Positions 30,958-43,208 of a DNA stretch of 64,000 nt are shown in pieces; the first letter of the stretch is position 1; each line of letters starts with the position of its first letter. The translations under genes were made by a program, and so were the position numbers. The DNA is from Nitrospira sp. (GTDB taxonomy: Bacteria > Nitrospirota > Nitrospiria > Nitrospirales > Nitrospiraceae). Under the pieces are notes generated by a model that had not been told where the DNA came from, searched no databases, and saw nothing but the letters and a program-made list of their open reading frames with translations. The stretch spans positions 1,344,001 through 1,408,000 of the forward strand of contig AP038806.1 of assembly GCA_047150005.1 (NCBI GenBank), written 5' to 3'.

Positions 30958-33660
30958 TCAGACCGTCTTGGCCTCGGCTTGTTCCGATTCCATGGACGGT
31001 TGCCGCTCCGGCAGGGGGATCGCGAAGCGGAAGATCGCCCCTCCACCCCGGCGGTTCTCGGCCCAAATGCGTCCACCGTGGGCTTCCACGATGCCGCGAC
31101 AGATCGTCAGTCCCAATCCGACACCTCCTTCGCGCGCCATCTTGCCTCGATAGAACTTGTCGAAGATGCGGGTTTCTTCCCCGACCGGGAGGCCGGGGCC
31201 CCGATCGGCCACCTCGACCACGATCTCACGATCGCCGGCTGACGCGGACAAATCGATGGTGCTCCCTGTCGGCGCGTATTTTGCGGCATTCTCAAGCAGA
31301 TTGATGAGGACCTGCTCAAGCAGAACGCCGTCGACCAGCAAGAGCGGCAAGTCGTGGGGAAACGCGGTGTGGACCGTATGGTCACACAAGCGCCCGTCCA
31401 CCCGCGCAAGAGCCGCACCAACGATTTCGTCCACCGGATGCCATTCCTTGCTCAGCTGCACGGCTCCGGCCTCGATGCGCATCATGTCGAGCAGGTTCTT
31501 GAGCAAGCGGTCCAAGCGGTCGGCCTCCCGGCAAATCGATCGGGCGAGCTCGAGACGAGCCGAAGAGTCCAGCTGCCCGTGCTCTTCGACCAAGCCGCTG
31601 GCGGCACCGGTGATGGTGGCGAGCGGGGTCCGCAGGTCATGCGACACCGAACTGAGAATCGCGTTCCGCATGCGCTCGGTCTCCGCCTGAACCTGCGCGG
31701 TATGCGCCTCTTCAGAAAGGCGCGTCCGCTCGATCGCCAACGCAATCTGACTGACAAGAGATTCGAGCAAGTGCAACGCTTCGGAGTCCAGCAAGGGACC
31801 GGGAGCCTTCGGTCGCACGGCCACCACTCCGATCGGTCCCGTCGACGCCACCAAGGGAAGATAGAGTCCGTTGGCTCCGGGCAGCGTATCGGTTCCGAGA
31901 CCGGCACGCTCGTTGTGATCGAACACCCATTGAGCCACGCCGGATTCTTTGGGGTCGAACTCGAAATACAGCTGTTCGCCCAGCTGAAGCCGGACCCGCT
32001 TTTCTGAGTCGGCCAGGAAGATCGCCACCTGACTGTCGAACACGTCACGCAGGTGTTGCACTGCAAGCCGGGTCAACACTCCTGTTCCTCGGTGGGTCGC
32101 GAGATCCCGGCTCATCGCGTAGAGCACGCTCGTCCGCTGTTCCCTGGCCCTCGCCAGCTCGGCTTGCTGTCGAATCCGGACGGCGAGATTGCTGATGACG
32201 AGCGCGACAACCAGCATCACGCCGAAGGTCAACACGTATTGAATGTCCGAAACCGCGAAGGAGAAGTACGGCGGAACGAACAAGACGTCGAACGCCGCGA
32301 CGCTCAGAAAGGAAGCGAGCACCGACGGGCCGCGCCCGCAGCGTATGGCCACGACGACCACGGCGATGAGATACATCATGATGAGATTGGCGGATCCGAA
32401 ATACGGAAACATCGCCCACGCGACCGCACTCGCACCCAGCACTCCCAAGGATGCATATCCGTATCCCGACAGATCGCTGGTCCGCTGAAAGCTCCGGCGG
32501 ACCAAAGGCTGACCTTCCCCGGCTTCCCCCGTGATCACGTAGATATCGATATCCCCGCTCTGATGGACGAGGTCCGATACGACGGAGCCGAAGACCCATT
32601 CCTTCCACCACGACCGTACCGGCTTGCCCACGATGATCTTGGTGGCGTTGCGGCGGCGCGCATAACTCAACAGTTCCTGCGCCACATTCTCGCCGGTCAA
32701 GGTCGCCGTTTCGGCGCCGAGCTGCTCCGCCAATCGCATGGTCTGCGACAGGCGCTCTCGTTCCCGCTGCGGCAGGCGGAGGTGTCGGGGAATCTGAACA
32801 TACACGGCGATCCATTTGGCGTGCAGTCCCGCGGCCATCTGACGCGCAGCCCTGATCAGCCGCGGGCCGCGGGGTTTCATGTTGACGCACACCATAATGG
32901 TTTCCGCCGCCGGCCAGGTTCGGATCACCGCGTGGTCGCGGCGATAGACTTCCATCTGCTGGTCGACGCGTTCGGCGGTGCGTCGCAAGGCGAGCTCCCG
33001 GAGTGCGATCAGGTTCCCCTTCGTGAAGAAATTCTGAATCGCATGCTGGATCTGTTCAGGAACATACACCTTGCCGTCCCTGAGCCGTTGCAACAGATCG
33101 TCAGGCGGCAGATCGATGAGCTCCACGTCGTCGGCCCGTTCCAAAGCGGAGTCTGGCACCGTCTCGCGCACGCGCACCCCCGTGATCTGCGCCACGACGT
33201 CGTTCAAGCTCTCCAGGTGCTGCACGTTCACCGTCGTGTAGACGGTGATGCCGGCCTTCAGAAGCTCCTGAACATCCCGCCACCGTTTCTCATGGCGGAG
33301 TCCCGGCGCATTGGTGTGAGCCAGCTCGTCGAGCAGAATGACGGTGGGACGCCGCGCCAGGGCTCCGTCGAGATCGAACTCACGAAGCACGGTGCCGCGG
33401 TACTCGACCGCGCGGCGAGGCAAGACTTCAAGGCCGCTGACCAGCGCGTCGGTATCCGGACGTCCGTGGGTTTCCACGACACCGATGACGACGTCCACGC
33501 CATCGCGCCGTTGTTCGTGGGCCGCTTCCAGCATGGCATAGGTTTTCCCCACACCGGGATTGGCTCCGAAGAAGACTTTGAGTTTGCCTTCCGACTGCCT
33601 GGCTTCCTCGGCGCGAACGCGTGCGAGGAGTGCGTCGGGATTCGGTCGTTCCTGGCTCAT
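30958..33660 (-). CDS. kdpD: Sensor histidine kinase KdpD
   Basis: [29 protein letters not shown] domain, four TM segments, [11 protein letters not shown], HATPase. Confidence 0.97.
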   Translation of the reverse strand: MSQERPNPDALLARVRAEEARQSEGKLKVFFGANPGVGKTYAMLEAAHEQRRDGVDVVIGVVETHGRPDTDALVSGLEVLPRRAVEYRGTVLREFDLDGALARRPTVILLDELAHTNAPGLRHEKRWRDVQELLKAGITVYTTVNVQHLESLNDVVAQITGVRVRETVPDSALERADDVELIDLPPDDLLQRLRDGKVYVPEQIQHAIQNFFTKGNLIALRELALRRTAERVDQQMEVYRRDHAVIRTWPAAETIMVCVNMKPRGPRLIRAARQMAAGLHAKWIAVYVQIPRHLRLPQRERERLSQTMRLAEQLGAETATLTGENVAQELLSYARRRNATKIIVGKPVRSWWKEWVFGSVVSDLVHQSGDIDIYVITGEAGEGQPLVRRSFQRTSDLSGYGYASLGVLGASAVAWAMFPYFGSANLIMMYLIAVVVVAIRCGRGPSVLASFLSVAAFDVLFVPPYFSFAVSDIQYVLTFGVMLVVALVISNLAVRIRQQAELARAREQRTSVLYAMSRDLATHRGTGVLTRLAVQHLRDVFDSQVAIFLADSEKRVRLQLGEQLYFEFDPKESGVAQWVFDHNERAGLGTDTLPGANGLYLPLVASTGPIGVVAVRPKAPGPLLDSEALHLLESLVSQIALAIERTRLSEEAHTAQVQAETERMRNAILSSVSHDLRTPLATITGAASGLVEEHGQLDSSARLELARSICREADRLDRLLKNLLDMMRIEAGAVQLSKEWHPVDEIVGAALARVDGRLCDHTVHTAFPHDLPLLLVDGVLLEQVLINLLENAAKYAPTGSTIDLSASAGDREIVVEVADRGPGLPVGEETRIFDKFYRGKMAREGGVGLGLTICRGIVEAHGGRIWAENRRGGGAIFRFAIPLPERQPSMESEQAEAKTV

Positions 33661-33819
33661 GAGAGGAGCCTCCCGTCGCGGGCCGTGGCGTGGAGCGGGA
33701 TGGGACGCATGAATTCTAGGGGAGGGCGAACAGGCCGTCAATGAGACGCCGCACATCCGGTGCGGCGCGCCGCCGGGAATCGCGCCGATCGTCATGATCG
33801 GCCGCTCACACGCTCGAGA

Positions 33820-34392
33820 TCAACGGAGCTGACCAAGCGCTATGTTCAGCTTCAACACGTTGACCCGCCGCTCTCCCAGCAATCCAAACTGGCGCTCTTC
33901 CGTATGCCGGATCACCAGGGTCTTCACCGTCTTCTCTTCCAGACCTCGGACATGCGCGACCCGCTTCACTTGGTACAGCGCTGCGGCCTGGCTGATGTGG
34001 GGATCGAGTCCGCTCCCCGACGCCGTGACCAGATCGACAGGAACGGAGAGGTCGTTGCCGGGATCTGCGGCTCGGAGGGCGGCGATTCTCGCTTTCACCG
34101 CTTCGATCAGGACCGGATTGGTCGGGCCGAGATTTGATCCACTCGACGCCGCAGCATTGTAGGGGAACGGCGAGGTAGCCGATGGACGGCTCCAAAAATA
34201 TTCCGGTCTGTCGAAGTGCTGCCCGATCAACTCGGATCCGACGACCCGGCCATCACGAACGATCAAGCTGCCATTGGCCTGGTTCGGAAACATCAGTTGG
34301 GCCAGTCCCGTGACCGCGAGCGGATAGATCAGACCCGTGAGGACCGTCATGATGAACAACATCGTAAGCGCAGGTCGCAGGTGAGCGCGCAT
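33820..34392 (-). CDS. kdpC: K+-transporting ATPase subunit C
   Basis: [41 protein letters not shown]. Confidence 0.97.
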   Translation of the reverse strand: MRAHLRPALTMLFIMTVLTGLIYPLAVTGLAQLMFPNQANGSLIVRDGRVVGSELIGQHFDRPEYFWSRPSATSPFPYNAAASSGSNLGPTNPVLIEAVKARIAALRAADPGNDLSVPVDLVTASGSGLDPHISQAAALYQVKRVAHVRGLEEKTVKTLVIRHTEERQFGLLGERRVNVLKLNIALGQLR

Positions 34393-34400
34393 TGCGACTC

Positions 34401-36527
34401 CTAAGTAAGATGCAACGCGATCAGAAGCAGGTCGATCAGTTTGATCCCGACGAACGGCACGATGACCCCGCCCAATCCGTAGACGAAGAGGTGGCGCCGG
34501 AGCAGAGAGCCGGCGTCCATGGCACGATACTCGATGCCTCGCAATGCGAAGGGAATCAGGGCGACGATGATGAGCGCATTGAAAATGACCGCCGAGAGGA
34601 CGGCGCTGCGGGGGCTGGCCAGGTGCATGATGTTCAGCGCATTTAGGATCGGATAGGTCGTCGCAAAGGCGGCCGGAATAATCGCAAAGTATTTCGCCAC
34701 GTCGTTGGCAATACTGAAGGTGGTCAGCGCACCGCGCGTCATCAAAAGTTGTTTGCCGATCTCCACGATCTCGATCAGCTTCGTGGGGTTGCTGTCGAGA
34801 TCCACCAGGTTCCCGGCCTCTTTGGCCGCCTGTGTCCCCGTATTCATGGCCACCGCCACATCGGCCTGCGCCAATGCCGGCGCATCGTTCGTGCCGTCTC
34901 CGGTCATGGCGACGAGGCGGCCTTCGGCTTGAAGCTCACGGATAAGCTTCAGCTTGGCTTCCGGCGTGGCCTGCGCCAGGAAATCGTCGACCCCAGCCTC
35001 TGCCGCCACCGCGGCAGCCGTCTGCGGATTGTCACCGGTGATCATGACGGTCTTGATGCCCATCCGTCGCAGCTCGCCGAACCGCTCCCTGATTCCCCCC
35101 TTCACGATATCTTGAAGCGCGATGACTCCGAGGACCCTGCCGCTCTCCGCCACCACGAGGGGCGTCCCACCCCGCTTGGCAATGGTTTCCACTTGGGTCC
35201 GCACGAATGCAGAGAACTGTCCTCCGCGCGCCGCGACATAGGATTCCATCGCCTCAGCCGAACCTTTGCGGATTTCGCGTCCATGGAGATCCACTCCGCT
35301 CATGCGCGTCTGTGCGCTGAACGGGATGAACGTGGCGCCCAATTCATGAATGTCGCGCGCGCGCAATCCGTACTTCTCCTTCGCCAGCACGACGATACTG
35401 CGGCCTTCCGGCGTTTCATCGGCAAGGGACGAGAGCTGACACGCGTCGGCCAAGACCTGATCGCTCACTCCTTCGGCCGGAACGAAGGCGGTCGCTTGAC
35501 GATTGCCCAACGTGATGGTGCCGGTCTTGTCGAGCAGCAACACATCGACATCACCCGCCGCCTCCACGGCTTTCCCGGACATGGCGATGACGTTCGCCTG
35601 CACCATCCGATCCATCCCGGCGATCCCGATAGCCGAGAGGAGCGCGCCGATGGTCGTGGGAATCAGGCAGACCAGGAGCGCCACGAGCACCGTGACCGTC
35701 ACCGGCGATCCTTGTCCGGCCGCCGTCACGCCGTAAAGGGAGAAGGGAAGGAGGGTGACCGTAGCCAGTAAAAAAATGATCGTCAGCGCCGCGAGAAGGA
35801 TATTGAGGGCGATTTCATTCGGCGTTTTCTGACGCGCGGCTCCCTCGACCATGGCAATCATCCGATCGAGAAAGCTGTCACCCGGATTCGTCGTGACCCG
35901 GACAATGAGCCAATCGGATAGCACCTTCGTGCCTCCGGTGACCGCACATCGGTCACCCCCGCTTTCTCTGATCACGGGAGCGCTCTCGCCCGTAATGGCG
36001 CTTTCGTCCACCGAGGCCACGCCGTCGATGACGTCGCCGTCCAACGGAATATGATCTCCCGCCTCCACGAGCACTACATCATTTTTCTTGAGCAGATTGG
36101 CCTGAATCGCGCTGAATGTATCGCGCCGCTGGAATTTGTGGTTCCATCCGGCATGATGCTCGCGGCCGGCTTCGATGCTCCCGAGTTTTTTGGCGGTCAA
36201 CTCTCGACGCGAACGTCGGAGGGATTCGGCCTGCGCTTTGCCTCGTCCTTCCGCCATGGCCTCGGCGAAATTGGCGAAGAACACGGTAAACCAGAGCCAG
36301 ACCGCGATCGCCAAAATGAACCAAGCCGGCGCCTCGCCCCTGCTCACAAGCGCCTGCGCGAACAGGACGGTTGTGAGGAGACAACCGACCCAGACGACGA
36401 ACATCACGGGATTCTTAACCTGATGGCGGAGATGCAGTTTGTGGACCGCATCGAGCAATGCCTGACGCACGACCGGCGTGCCGATCAAGGATTGGGATGG
36501 ATGTGGGCTGGCCGTCATCGGCATCAC
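34401..36527 (-). CDS. kdpB: K+-transporting ATPase subunit B
   Basis: [25 protein letters not shown] phosphorylation site, GDGTND. Confidence 0.98.
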   Translation of the reverse strand: MMPMTASPHPSQSLIGTPVVRQALLDAVHKLHLRHQVKNPVMFVVWVGCLLTTVLFAQALVSRGEAPAWFILAIAVWLWFTVFFANFAEAMAEGRGKAQAESLRRSRRELTAKKLGSIEAGREHHAGWNHKFQRRDTFSAIQANLLKKNDVVLVEAGDHIPLDGDVIDGVASVDESAITGESAPVIRESGGDRCAVTGGTKVLSDWLIVRVTTNPGDSFLDRMIAMVEGAARQKTPNEIALNILLAALTIIFLLATVTLLPFSLYGVTAAGQGSPVTVTVLVALLVCLIPTTIGALLSAIGIAGMDRMVQANVIAMSGKAVEAAGDVDVLLLDKTGTITLGNRQATAFVPAEGVSDQVLADACQLSSLADETPEGRSIVVLAKEKYGLRARDIHELGATFIPFSAQTRMSGVDLHGREIRKGSAEAMESYVAARGGQFSAFVRTQVETIAKRGGTPLVVAESGRVLGVIALQDIVKGGIRERFGELRRMGIKTVMITGDNPQTAAAVAAEAGVDDFLAQATPEAKLKLIRELQAEGRLVAMTGDGTNDAPALAQADVAVAMNTGTQAAKEAGNLVDLDSNPTKLIEIVEIGKQLLMTRGALTTFSIANDVAKYFAIIPAAFATTYPILNALNIMHLASPRSAVLSAVIFNALIIVALIPFALRGIEYRAMDAGSLLRRHLFVYGLGGVIVPFVGIKLIDLLLIALHLT

Positions 36528-36538
36528 GTGACTCCTCG

Positions 36539-38344
36539 TTACCGCCCTTGCATCAATAGGTCTTCGACCACGGGCCCCAAGGCCAGAGCCGGCAGAAATG
36601 TCAACGCCCCGACCATGATGACCACACCTATAAGAAGGACGACAAACAAAGGGGTATGGGTCGGCAAGGTGCCGGGGCCGGCGGGCACCAGTTTTTTCCT
36701 GGCCAGGGCGCCGGCCAGCGCGAGCGTCGGAACCGCAAGCCAGAACCGTGAGATCAACATCGCAAGACCTCCCGCGAGGTTATAGAACGGTGTATTGACG
36801 TTCAGGCCGGCGAACGCGCTCCCATTGTTGTTGCCTTGAGACGTGAAGGCATACAGAATTTCACTGAATCCATGCGGTCCGGGATTCAACACGGAAGACG
36901 TCCCGGCGCTGACGCTGACCGCAACCGCCGTTCCGCCGAGCACGATCAGCGGCATGATCAAGATGAGCAGCGATGCCATTTTCATTTCATAGGATTCGAT
37001 TTTCTTCCCCAGATACTCCGGCGTCCGCCCCACCATCAGTCCGGCAACGAACACGGCGACGATGGCGAACACGATCATGCCGTAGAGTCCGGAACCGACG
37101 CCGCCGAAGACCACTTCGCCGAATTGCATGAGGAACAGTGGGGCAAAGCCGCCCAGCGGCGTATAGGAATCCAGCATCGAGTTCACTGATCCGTTGGACG
37201 CCGCGGTGGTGGCCGCGGACCAGAGGACCGAACCGGTGATACCGAAACGCAGTTCCTTGCCTTCCATGTTGCCGCCGGCCTGGCCATCGGATGCCTGCTG
37301 ATCCACGTCGTCGCTCGTCAGCCATGGATTGCCTCTCTGTTCGGCCCATAGCCCGACCGGGATGAAACAGCACAGGAGAATCGTCATGGCGGCAAGGATG
37401 GTCCAACCTTGACGGGTGTCTCCAACCATGAGGCCGAAGGTGTAGCACAGTGAGGCGGGGATCAGGAGGATCGCCAAGATCTCGAGAGCGTTGGACCATG
37501 GCGTCGGATTCTCAAACGGATGCGCACTATTCACGTTGAAGAAGCCGCCGCCGTTGGTGCCGAGTTGTTTGATGGCGACTTGAGAGGCCGCTGGTCCTAC
37601 CGCAAACACCTGCTCGGTCGCCGCGACGGATTCCGCTTTCGGCTTCCCCTGTTCATCGAGCACAGGTTGGCCGTTCGAATCCACGACCGACTTGTCGTAA
37701 CCGACCGGTTGCACCAGCGTCCCCGTCTGGTAGGCGTTGAACGTCTGGACGACACCTTGAGACACCAAAAGAAGGGAGAAGAGGACCGAGAGGGGAAGAA
37801 GAATGTACAGCGCGCTTCGGGTCACATCGACCCAAAAGTTCCCGATCGTCGTTGAGCTGCGACGCGTCAACCCACGGATTAACGCGACGAGAATAGCCAT
37901 GCCCGTCGCCGCCGACAAGAAGTTTTGCACCGTCAGGCCCAGCATCTGCGTCAGGTAACTCAACGTCGTTTCGCCTCCATAGGCCTGCCAATTCGTGTTT
38001 GTTGCAAAGCTCACGGCAGTGTTGAACGCCAGATCCGGAGAGACGGCTCCGAGGCCGGCTGGGTTCAACGGCAGGAGATGCTGCAGCCGTTGCAGTCCGT
38101 ACAGGAACAAGAGGCCGACGGCATTGAAGAGCAACATGGCGATGCCGTAGATTTTCCAATCCGTTTCATCGGCAGGACGAATCCCACCGAACCAATACGT
38201 GACCCGTTCAACGGGACCTAGCAGCAGATCCAAGCCGCAAGGCTTCCCTTCATACACCCGAGCCATGTACCAGCCCAGCGGTTTGACCAGCCCCAGCAGC
38301 ACGGTAAGGCAGACGACGATTTGGGCGATCCCGTTGAACGTCAT
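36539..38344 (-). CDS. kdpA: K+-transporting ATPase subunit A
   Basis: [35 protein letters not shown]. True start MTFNG at 38344 (TGATG overlap with kdpF). Confidence 0.97.
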   Translation of the reverse strand: MTFNGIAQIVVCLTVLLGLVKPLGWYMARVYEGKPCGLDLLLGPVERVTYWFGGIRPADETDWKIYGIAMLLFNAVGLLFLYGLQRLQHLLPLNPAGLGAVSPDLAFNTAVSFATNTNWQAYGGETTLSYLTQMLGLTVQNFLSAATGMAILVALIRGLTRRSSTTIGNFWVDVTRSALYILLPLSVLFSLLLVSQGVVQTFNAYQTGTLVQPVGYDKSVVDSNGQPVLDEQGKPKAESVAATEQVFAVGPAASQVAIKQLGTNGGGFFNVNSAHPFENPTPWSNALEILAILLIPASLCYTFGLMVGDTRQGWTILAAMTILLCCFIPVGLWAEQRGNPWLTSDDVDQQASDGQAGGNMEGKELRFGITGSVLWSAATTAASNGSVNSMLDSYTPLGGFAPLFLMQFGEVVFGGVGSGLYGMIVFAIVAVFVAGLMVGRTPEYLGKKIESYEMKMASLLILIMPLIVLGGTAVAVSVSAGTSSVLNPGPHGFSEILYAFTSQGNNNGSAFAGLNVNTPFYNLAGGLAMLISRFWLAVPTLALAGALARKKLVPAGPGTLPTHTPLFVVLLIGVVIMVGALTFLPALALGPVVEDLLMQGR

Positions 38345-38433
38345 CAGAATTTCTCCGGCTTGAGCAATGCCACCAGGAGGTAGATGAGAAGGCCTACGGA
38401 AAGTATCGCGCCGAACCAATACATCACGTTCAT
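38344..38433 (-). CDS. kdpF: K+-transporting ATPase subunit F
   Basis: MNVMYWFGAILSVGLLIYLLVALLKPEKF (29 aa) with the YLxxALxxPExF signature; RBS GGGGAGAGG; below the ORF-track cutoff. Confidence 0.92.
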   Translation of the reverse strand: MNVMYWFGAILSVGLLIYLLVALLKPEKF

Positions 38434-38444
38434 GGGCCTCTCCC

Positions 38445-38525
38445 CTATAGTCGATCGAGCGCCGAGACGAGCCAGACCGACAGGATGAAAAACCCGATCG
38501 CCAAACCAAGTACGAGCAGATCCAT
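38445..38525 (-). CDS. Second small hydrophobic Kdp-associated peptide
   Basis: MDLLVLGLAIGFFILSVWLVSALDRL (26 aa), RBS GAGG, directly upstream of kdpF. Confidence 0.7.
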   Translation of the reverse strand: MDLLVLGLAIGFFILSVWLVSALDRL

Positions 38526-38569
38526 CCGTGCCCTCGTCTCATCCCGCTCTCGAACGCTACCAAACGCCG

Positions 38570-38586
38570 TATAAAAACGGTGTCAA
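38570..38586 (-). promoter_or_regulatory. Candidate KdpE binding site
   Basis: Minus strand TTGACA-CCGTT-TTTATA with half-sites 11 bp apart, upstream of the kdp operon; resembles E. coli TTTATA-N5-TTTACA. Confidence 0.6.
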
Positions 38587-38687
38587 AAATCCAGCGGGGA
38601 ACGTGACGGAAGAGTCAACGATGCCGAAGGCCGGCGATCAGCTTTCGGTCTGGGGATGAGAAGGTCGGAAGAGCGAGGAACGGCGCG

Positions 38688-39167
38688 TCATCGTTTCGGC
38701 TCGTCGAGGACGCACCACATGCGGCGGGTGCCGGACTTCTGATCGGTGACCGGCTCGCCGCTGAAGAAACTCACCTGCCAGGCGACGATGTCGTCCTTGG
38801 GGTCGGGTGTCGACGTCCAGTAGATTTCCGACTTGATGTTTGAAAAGGGATGGCCGGGCGGCAGCGCCGGATCATGCTGCGACGGGTCGATCAGGGTTTT
38901 CAGCTCATCGACGGACGGGGCACGCCACGTCTTGCGACCTCCGACGTCCTTTGTCCTGCAACGTTCGATCGACCGGCTCCAGACGTCATGTTCCCGGTCC
39001 GGCTCCTGCTCCCAAATCAAGCCGGTCCGGTCATCCCGTACGCCGGCTCCGTCCATGACCAGAGTGAATCGAGCGGCGCCGGGCGGATCGGCCGCCATGG
39101 AGGCCGCCACAAGACAACAATAGGTTCCCGCTATCGCCAAAACGGCACATCGTCGTCTCTTGGGCAC
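38688..39167 (-). CDS. DUF1566 (Lcl-type) domain exported protein
   Basis: VRDDRTGLIWEQ, WRAPSVDELKTL, YWTST, AWQVSFFSG, WCV. Confidence 0.85.
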   Translation of the reverse strand: MPKRRRCAVLAIAGTYCCLVAASMAADPPGAARFTLVMDGAGVRDDRTGLIWEQEPDREHDVWSRSIERCRTKDVGGRKTWRAPSVDELKTLIDPSQHDPALPPGHPFSNIKSEIYWTSTPDPKDDIVAWQVSFFSGEPVTDQKSGTRRMWCVLDEPKR

Positions 39168-39337
39168 CGAGTCCTCCCGGTCGCGTATGGAGGGTCATAT
39201 CGTAAAAGAGTCGTGACTCAGGAGCAAGCGAGACTGTTACCGGGAACGGCGTCGCTGATGACGCCGCAGAAGCACCGCAACCCAGACGCAGGCGACGAGC
39301 ATCGCAACCATCCCCAGGTGATGCGTCAACTCGCTCT

Positions 39338-40315
39338 TCAATGGAAGGAGAACGGGATCGGCGCGAAGGTGACGACGAACACCAGCAGGGCCAGCCAGCC
39401 TACGAGCATTCTGGCCGTGCCGAGCGGCACGTTGGGATTCCGGATCGGAGGATGTCCAAGCCCCCACAGACCGGCCATGAAGGCCCAGACGAACCAACCG
39501 GGCCATCCGACGAATCCGAGGACAATCAACACCGGCACGATGGCGAACGCCATCGTGCGCTGGCGCGCGCCCCACAACGCATAGGCGACGTGACCGCCGT
39601 CGAGTTGCCCGATGGGAATGAGATTCAAGGACGTCACAAAGAGACCGAACCAGGCGGCAAAGGCCACAGGATGCAGGACCACGTCGGCATCCGGCGGAAG
39701 CGAGCCGATCACGATCCAGGAGAGAAACTGCAGCAGGAGTGGCTCTCCCAGCTGCAATCCGAAGGTGGCGGTACGGTCCACGACCTCGGAGAAGCGAAGC
39801 CCGATGATCAATGCGACCACCGCGACGACGAAACCCGCCAAGGGTCCCGCAACACCGATGTCGAAGAGCGCCCGACGGTTGAGGATCGGTCCGCGCATGC
39901 GGATGATGGCGCCGAAGGTCCCGATGAAATGCGGTGGGCCAGGAATGAAGAGGGGCAAAGAGGCGGGCACCCGATGAATTTTCGACAACACATAGTGGCC
40001 GAGTTCATGCGTGACCAGGATGAAGAGCAGCGTCCCTGCAAACGGCACTCCCTTCAAGAGCCTATCCGGATGGGCCAGGAGAAAATCGACCGGCCCCCTC
40101 ACCATGCCGGCGTAGGCTTGATACGCGCCTGCCCACAACGTCGTGAAGATCGTGAGGCTGAACAGCACTAGAGGAAGGATCCACGTGGAGAATGCGGACG
40201 GCTCGTCCGCGTCATCGAGGTCCGGTTCAGCGGACGGCGACCCGGGAGCAGCGCCGCGCCGTACATCCCCGTCGTCTGTGGAGAGGATCGACCGATGTCC
40301 GTCGACAGGTTCCAT
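39338..40315 (-). CDS. Site-2 protease (M50)
   Basis: HELGH, IGVAGPLAG, LNLIPIGQLDGGH, several TM segments. Confidence 0.92.
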   Translation of the reverse strand: MEPVDGHRSILSTDDGDVRRGAAPGSPSAEPDLDDADEPSAFSTWILPLVLFSLTIFTTLWAGAYQAYAGMVRGPVDFLLAHPDRLLKGVPFAGTLLFILVTHELGHYVLSKIHRVPASLPLFIPGPPHFIGTFGAIIRMRGPILNRRALFDIGVAGPLAGFVVAVVALIIGLRFSEVVDRTATFGLQLGEPLLLQFLSWIVIGSLPPDADVVLHPVAFAAWFGLFVTSLNLIPIGQLDGGHVAYALWGARQRTMAFAIVPVLIVLGFVGWPGWFVWAFMAGLWGLGHPPIRNPNVPLGTARMLVGWLALLVFVVTFAPIPFSFH

Positions 40316-40325
40316 CTGCAACTCT

Positions 40326-41168
40326 TCAGCAGACGGATGCGAACGGGTTGTGGTCCCGCTCCTCGGCCACCGTCGTCGCCGGACCGTGTCCGGGCAGCAG
40401 GCGAACCTCGGCCGGGAGCGTGAGAAGACGGCGGCGAACCGAATCGAGGTGCGTCTCGTAGAGGGTGCCGGGATTCGAGCGGCCGATCGAGCCGGCGAAG
40501 AGCGTATCCCCGACGAAACAGAGCGGTTGCTCCGCATCCTCCACCCGGTAGCAAATTCCTCCGGCCGTGTGACCGGGCGTCGTCAGACACCGGACCGTCC
40601 TGCTTCCGACCCTGATGGTCAGGCCGTCGTGAGGCGACGTGAGGAGTCCGGCCTGCGGCTGCCAATCCAGGAGGCTGCGGTCGGCCGTCCCAAGGAACAC
40701 CGGCACCGCTCGATGAGCCAGCAACTGGTCGATCCCCCGGGCATGGTCGGAGTGCCCGTGGGTCAGACAGATGCCGACCAGGCGCAAGCGGCGATTGATA
40801 AGTGCGGCGATCATGGCCGGTGCATTATAGCCCGTATCGATCACCACGGCCTCACCGTCGTCGTGGAGGAGGTAGCCTTGCACGCCATAGCCACCGACTG
40901 ATCCGTAGATGGTCTCCACCCAGGACGGCGTGCACCGGTCGGCCGGCTGCCAGTTCTCGATCGCCACCCCGATCAACGGGTCGGGCCTGAGGCCCAGAGC
41001 CTCGGCCAATGCCCGAACCGTCTCGCGATCGGACGGCCGCTTCCCCCGCTCAAGTCCGGCAATCTCCGCTTCGCTCAACCCCGCCGTGCTCGCGACCTCT
41101 CGGATCGAGAGCCCGAGCCCCCCACGTGCCTTCTTCAGGATGTCGCACAGGTCGTCTTCCAGCGGCAT
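40326..41168 (-). CDS. XRE-HTH + metallo-beta-lactamase-fold hydrolase
   Basis: N-terminal LKKARGGLGLSIREVA..GLERG HTH; THGHSDH, TPGHT, GDTLF, PGHG. Confidence 0.88.
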   Translation of the reverse strand: MPLEDDLCDILKKARGGLGLSIREVASTAGLSEAEIAGLERGKRPSDRETVRALAEALGLRPDPLIGVAIENWQPADRCTPSWVETIYGSVGGYGVQGYLLHDDGEAVVIDTGYNAPAMIAALINRRLRLVGICLTHGHSDHARGIDQLLAHRAVPVFLGTADRSLLDWQPQAGLLTSPHDGLTIRVGSRTVRCLTTPGHTAGGICYRVEDAEQPLCFVGDTLFAGSIGRSNPGTLYETHLDSVRRRLLTLPAEVRLLPGHGPATTVAEERDHNPFASVC

Positions 41169-41209
41169 GGTATGCCCAATTCATCGTGCCGCCGGCCGAG
41201 GCCCGCCTG

Positions 41210-41503
41210 CTAGACGAGCGTGCCGAGGATGCGGCGGTAGTCCTCTTCGGGAAAGGCTTTCAGCGTCGTCGAGCGCACGTTTCCCGACGAGCCGAGCTTG
41301 AGCGCAAAGGCGGCCTGCTTGTCGTTGTTCGGCATATCGAGGATGAGGACCAGGTCATACGATCCGAGCGTCATGTAGAAGGACTTGACCTCGCCTCCCA
41401 AATCCTTCGCGAGCTTCTTCACGGCATCCAATCGCTTCGGCGACTCTTTGACGTTTCTGATGCCTTGATCCGTCCAGTTGAGCAGCATGACATAGGTCAC
41501 CAT
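41210..41503 (-). CDS. GYD domain protein
   Basis: YVMLLNWTDQG, TLGSYDLV, GNVRSTTLKAF. Confidence 0.88.
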   Translation of the reverse strand: MVTYVMLLNWTDQGIRNVKESPKRLDAVKKLAKDLGGEVKSFYMTLGSYDLVLILDMPNNDKQAAFALKLGSSGNVRSTTLKAFPEEDYRRILGTLV

Positions 41504-41735
41504 AGCACCCTCCCCGGCAGCCCTAGCCCACATGATTCATGACGGTTCGTAACGAAACCGCCAAGACGCCAGGCGAGACGGGCACGCGGAGTTGCGAGGA
41601 AGGAAGGCATACTTGAAACAGTATGTCGACCGACCGAGCAACGAGCCTGCCCACTTGGCTGCGGGAACCTGGCAGCCAAGTTTGTCGCAGCGGCGTATCG
41701 GCGGTTGCAGTAGAAGCGCTCATGAATACTGTGGG

Positions 41736-43208
41736 CTAGCTTTCTGGCTCCAGCCTGATTTCCTTGACCTCCCCGAATCCGGACAACATCTTCGGCAAGG
41801 CGCCGCCCGGCCCGACGGCCACGATCGTCAGCCGGTCGGGATGAAGATGTTTCCGCGCCGCAGCGAGCAGTTCCTCCCGCTTGAGCGCGACGACACGGGC
41901 ACGCAGTTGCTGTAAAAAGTCCTTCGGCAGCCCGTCGTATTCCAGTTCGATCAACCGATTGACGACGGCGGCGGCATTCGGAAACGAAAAGACGAAGGAG
42001 TTCACATACGCTTCCTTCGCCTCCGCCAGTTCCTCTTCCGACACCACATCGGTACGGATGCGCTCGAGGTTGGCCACGAACCGGGTGATCACTTCCTGTG
42101 TGGACGGCAGCTTCGTTTCGGCCCGCATCAGCCAGACTCCCTGATCGTGCACCCCTGGAGTGAGGCGGCTCCCGACTGAATAGGCCAGTCCCCGCTTGGT
42201 CCGGACATCGTTGAACAGGCGGCTCCGGAACGAGCTGCCTCCGAGAATGTCGTTGGCCAGCGCCAGCGCCGCATAGTCCGGATCGGTCTCCTTGATGGAC
42301 AAATGGCCGACCCGCAGGTGCGTCTGCGAGGTTTCCTTGCCGACGAACCGGATCGCCGGCGCCGAGGCCGCCGACTCCCGGACATCGGGAATCTTCAGCT
42401 CCGGTACCTCCCCCTTCTTCCAGTCGCCGAAGGCCGCCCGCAGCATCGCCAACATTTCATCCTTGCGGAAGTCGCCCGTCACCCCCAGGATCATGCCGTT
42501 CGGATACACGGTCTTCCCGTGAAAGGCCACGAGGTCGGTGCGCGTGATCCGCCGGATGGACTCGACCGTGCTCTCCCTGGCGCTCGGATGGTCGGGACCG
42601 TAGAGCTGTTTGAGGAATTCGCGGCTGACGATGGAACCGGGATTGTCCTGTCGGCGCCGGATGCTCTCGATCGCTTGGAGCTTGGCGAGCTCCAGCCGGG
42701 CCGGTTCGAAGGAGGGGGAACGGAGCAGTCCGGCGAAGATATCGAGACCTCGCTTGAAATCCTTGCTCAAGACATCGAGCGAGGCGGAACCGGACAGCCG
42801 CCCGATCGCGATGCCGACATCGCCCGCGAATTGCTCAAGTTCCTGATCCACCTGTTCGGCCGAGCGCGTGCCGCCGCCGCCTGTGCGCATGACCGTACCG
42901 GTGATCGCGGCCAGACCGACTTTCTCCGCCGGGTCAAGCCAGGCTCCCGTGCGCAGGGTCGCGGACAGGGTGATCAAAGGCAGTTCGTGGTCCTCAAGAA
43001 GATAGACCACCATCCCGTTCTCGAGCATCACCCGGTCGGGATCGGGCGGAGTGAATTCGACCGGCTCGAACTTCATTGACCTGGGATCAGTCGTCGTCGC
43101 GTCGCCGCCCGCGGCGACCATCAATGGAAACAGCAATGCGAAGCCGGCCACACCCGCTGCCAGGCCGGTTCGCCGAATAGTCGATCGCACACGGTTCACG
43201 AAATTCAT
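41736..43208 (-). CDS. M16B peptidase, non-catalytic subunit
   Basis: LENGMVVYL, ILGGSSFRSRLFNDVRTKRGLAY; lacks HxxEH. Confidence 0.9.
   Translation of the reverse strand: MNFVNRVRSTIRRTGLAAGVAGFALLFPLMVAAGGDATTTDPRSMKFEPVEFTPPDPDRVMLENGMVVYLLEDHELPLITLSATLRTGAWLDPAEKVGLAAITGTVMRTGGGGTRSAEQVDQELEQFAGDVGIAIGRLSGSASLDVLSKDFKRGLDIFAGLLRSPSFEPARLELAKLQAIESIRRRQDNPGSIVSREFLKQLYGPDHPSARESTVESIRRITRTDLVAFHGKTVYPNGMILGVTGDFRKDEMLAMLRAAFGDWKKGEVPELKIPDVRESAASAPAIRFVGKETSQTHLRVGHLSIKETDPDYAALALANDILGGSSFRSRLFNDVRTKRGLAYSVGSRLTPGVHDQGVWLMRAETKLPSTQEVITRFVANLERIRTDVVSEEELAEAKEAYVNSFVFSFPNAAAVVNRLIELEYDGLPKDFLQQLRARVVALKREELLAAARKHLHPDRLTIVAVGPGGALPKMLSGFGEVKEIRLEPES

Noticed and set aside
38345..38563. 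N-terminal extension of KdpA in the ORF track
   Set aside because: The region encodes kdpF and a second peptide in other frames; KdpA starts at 38344.
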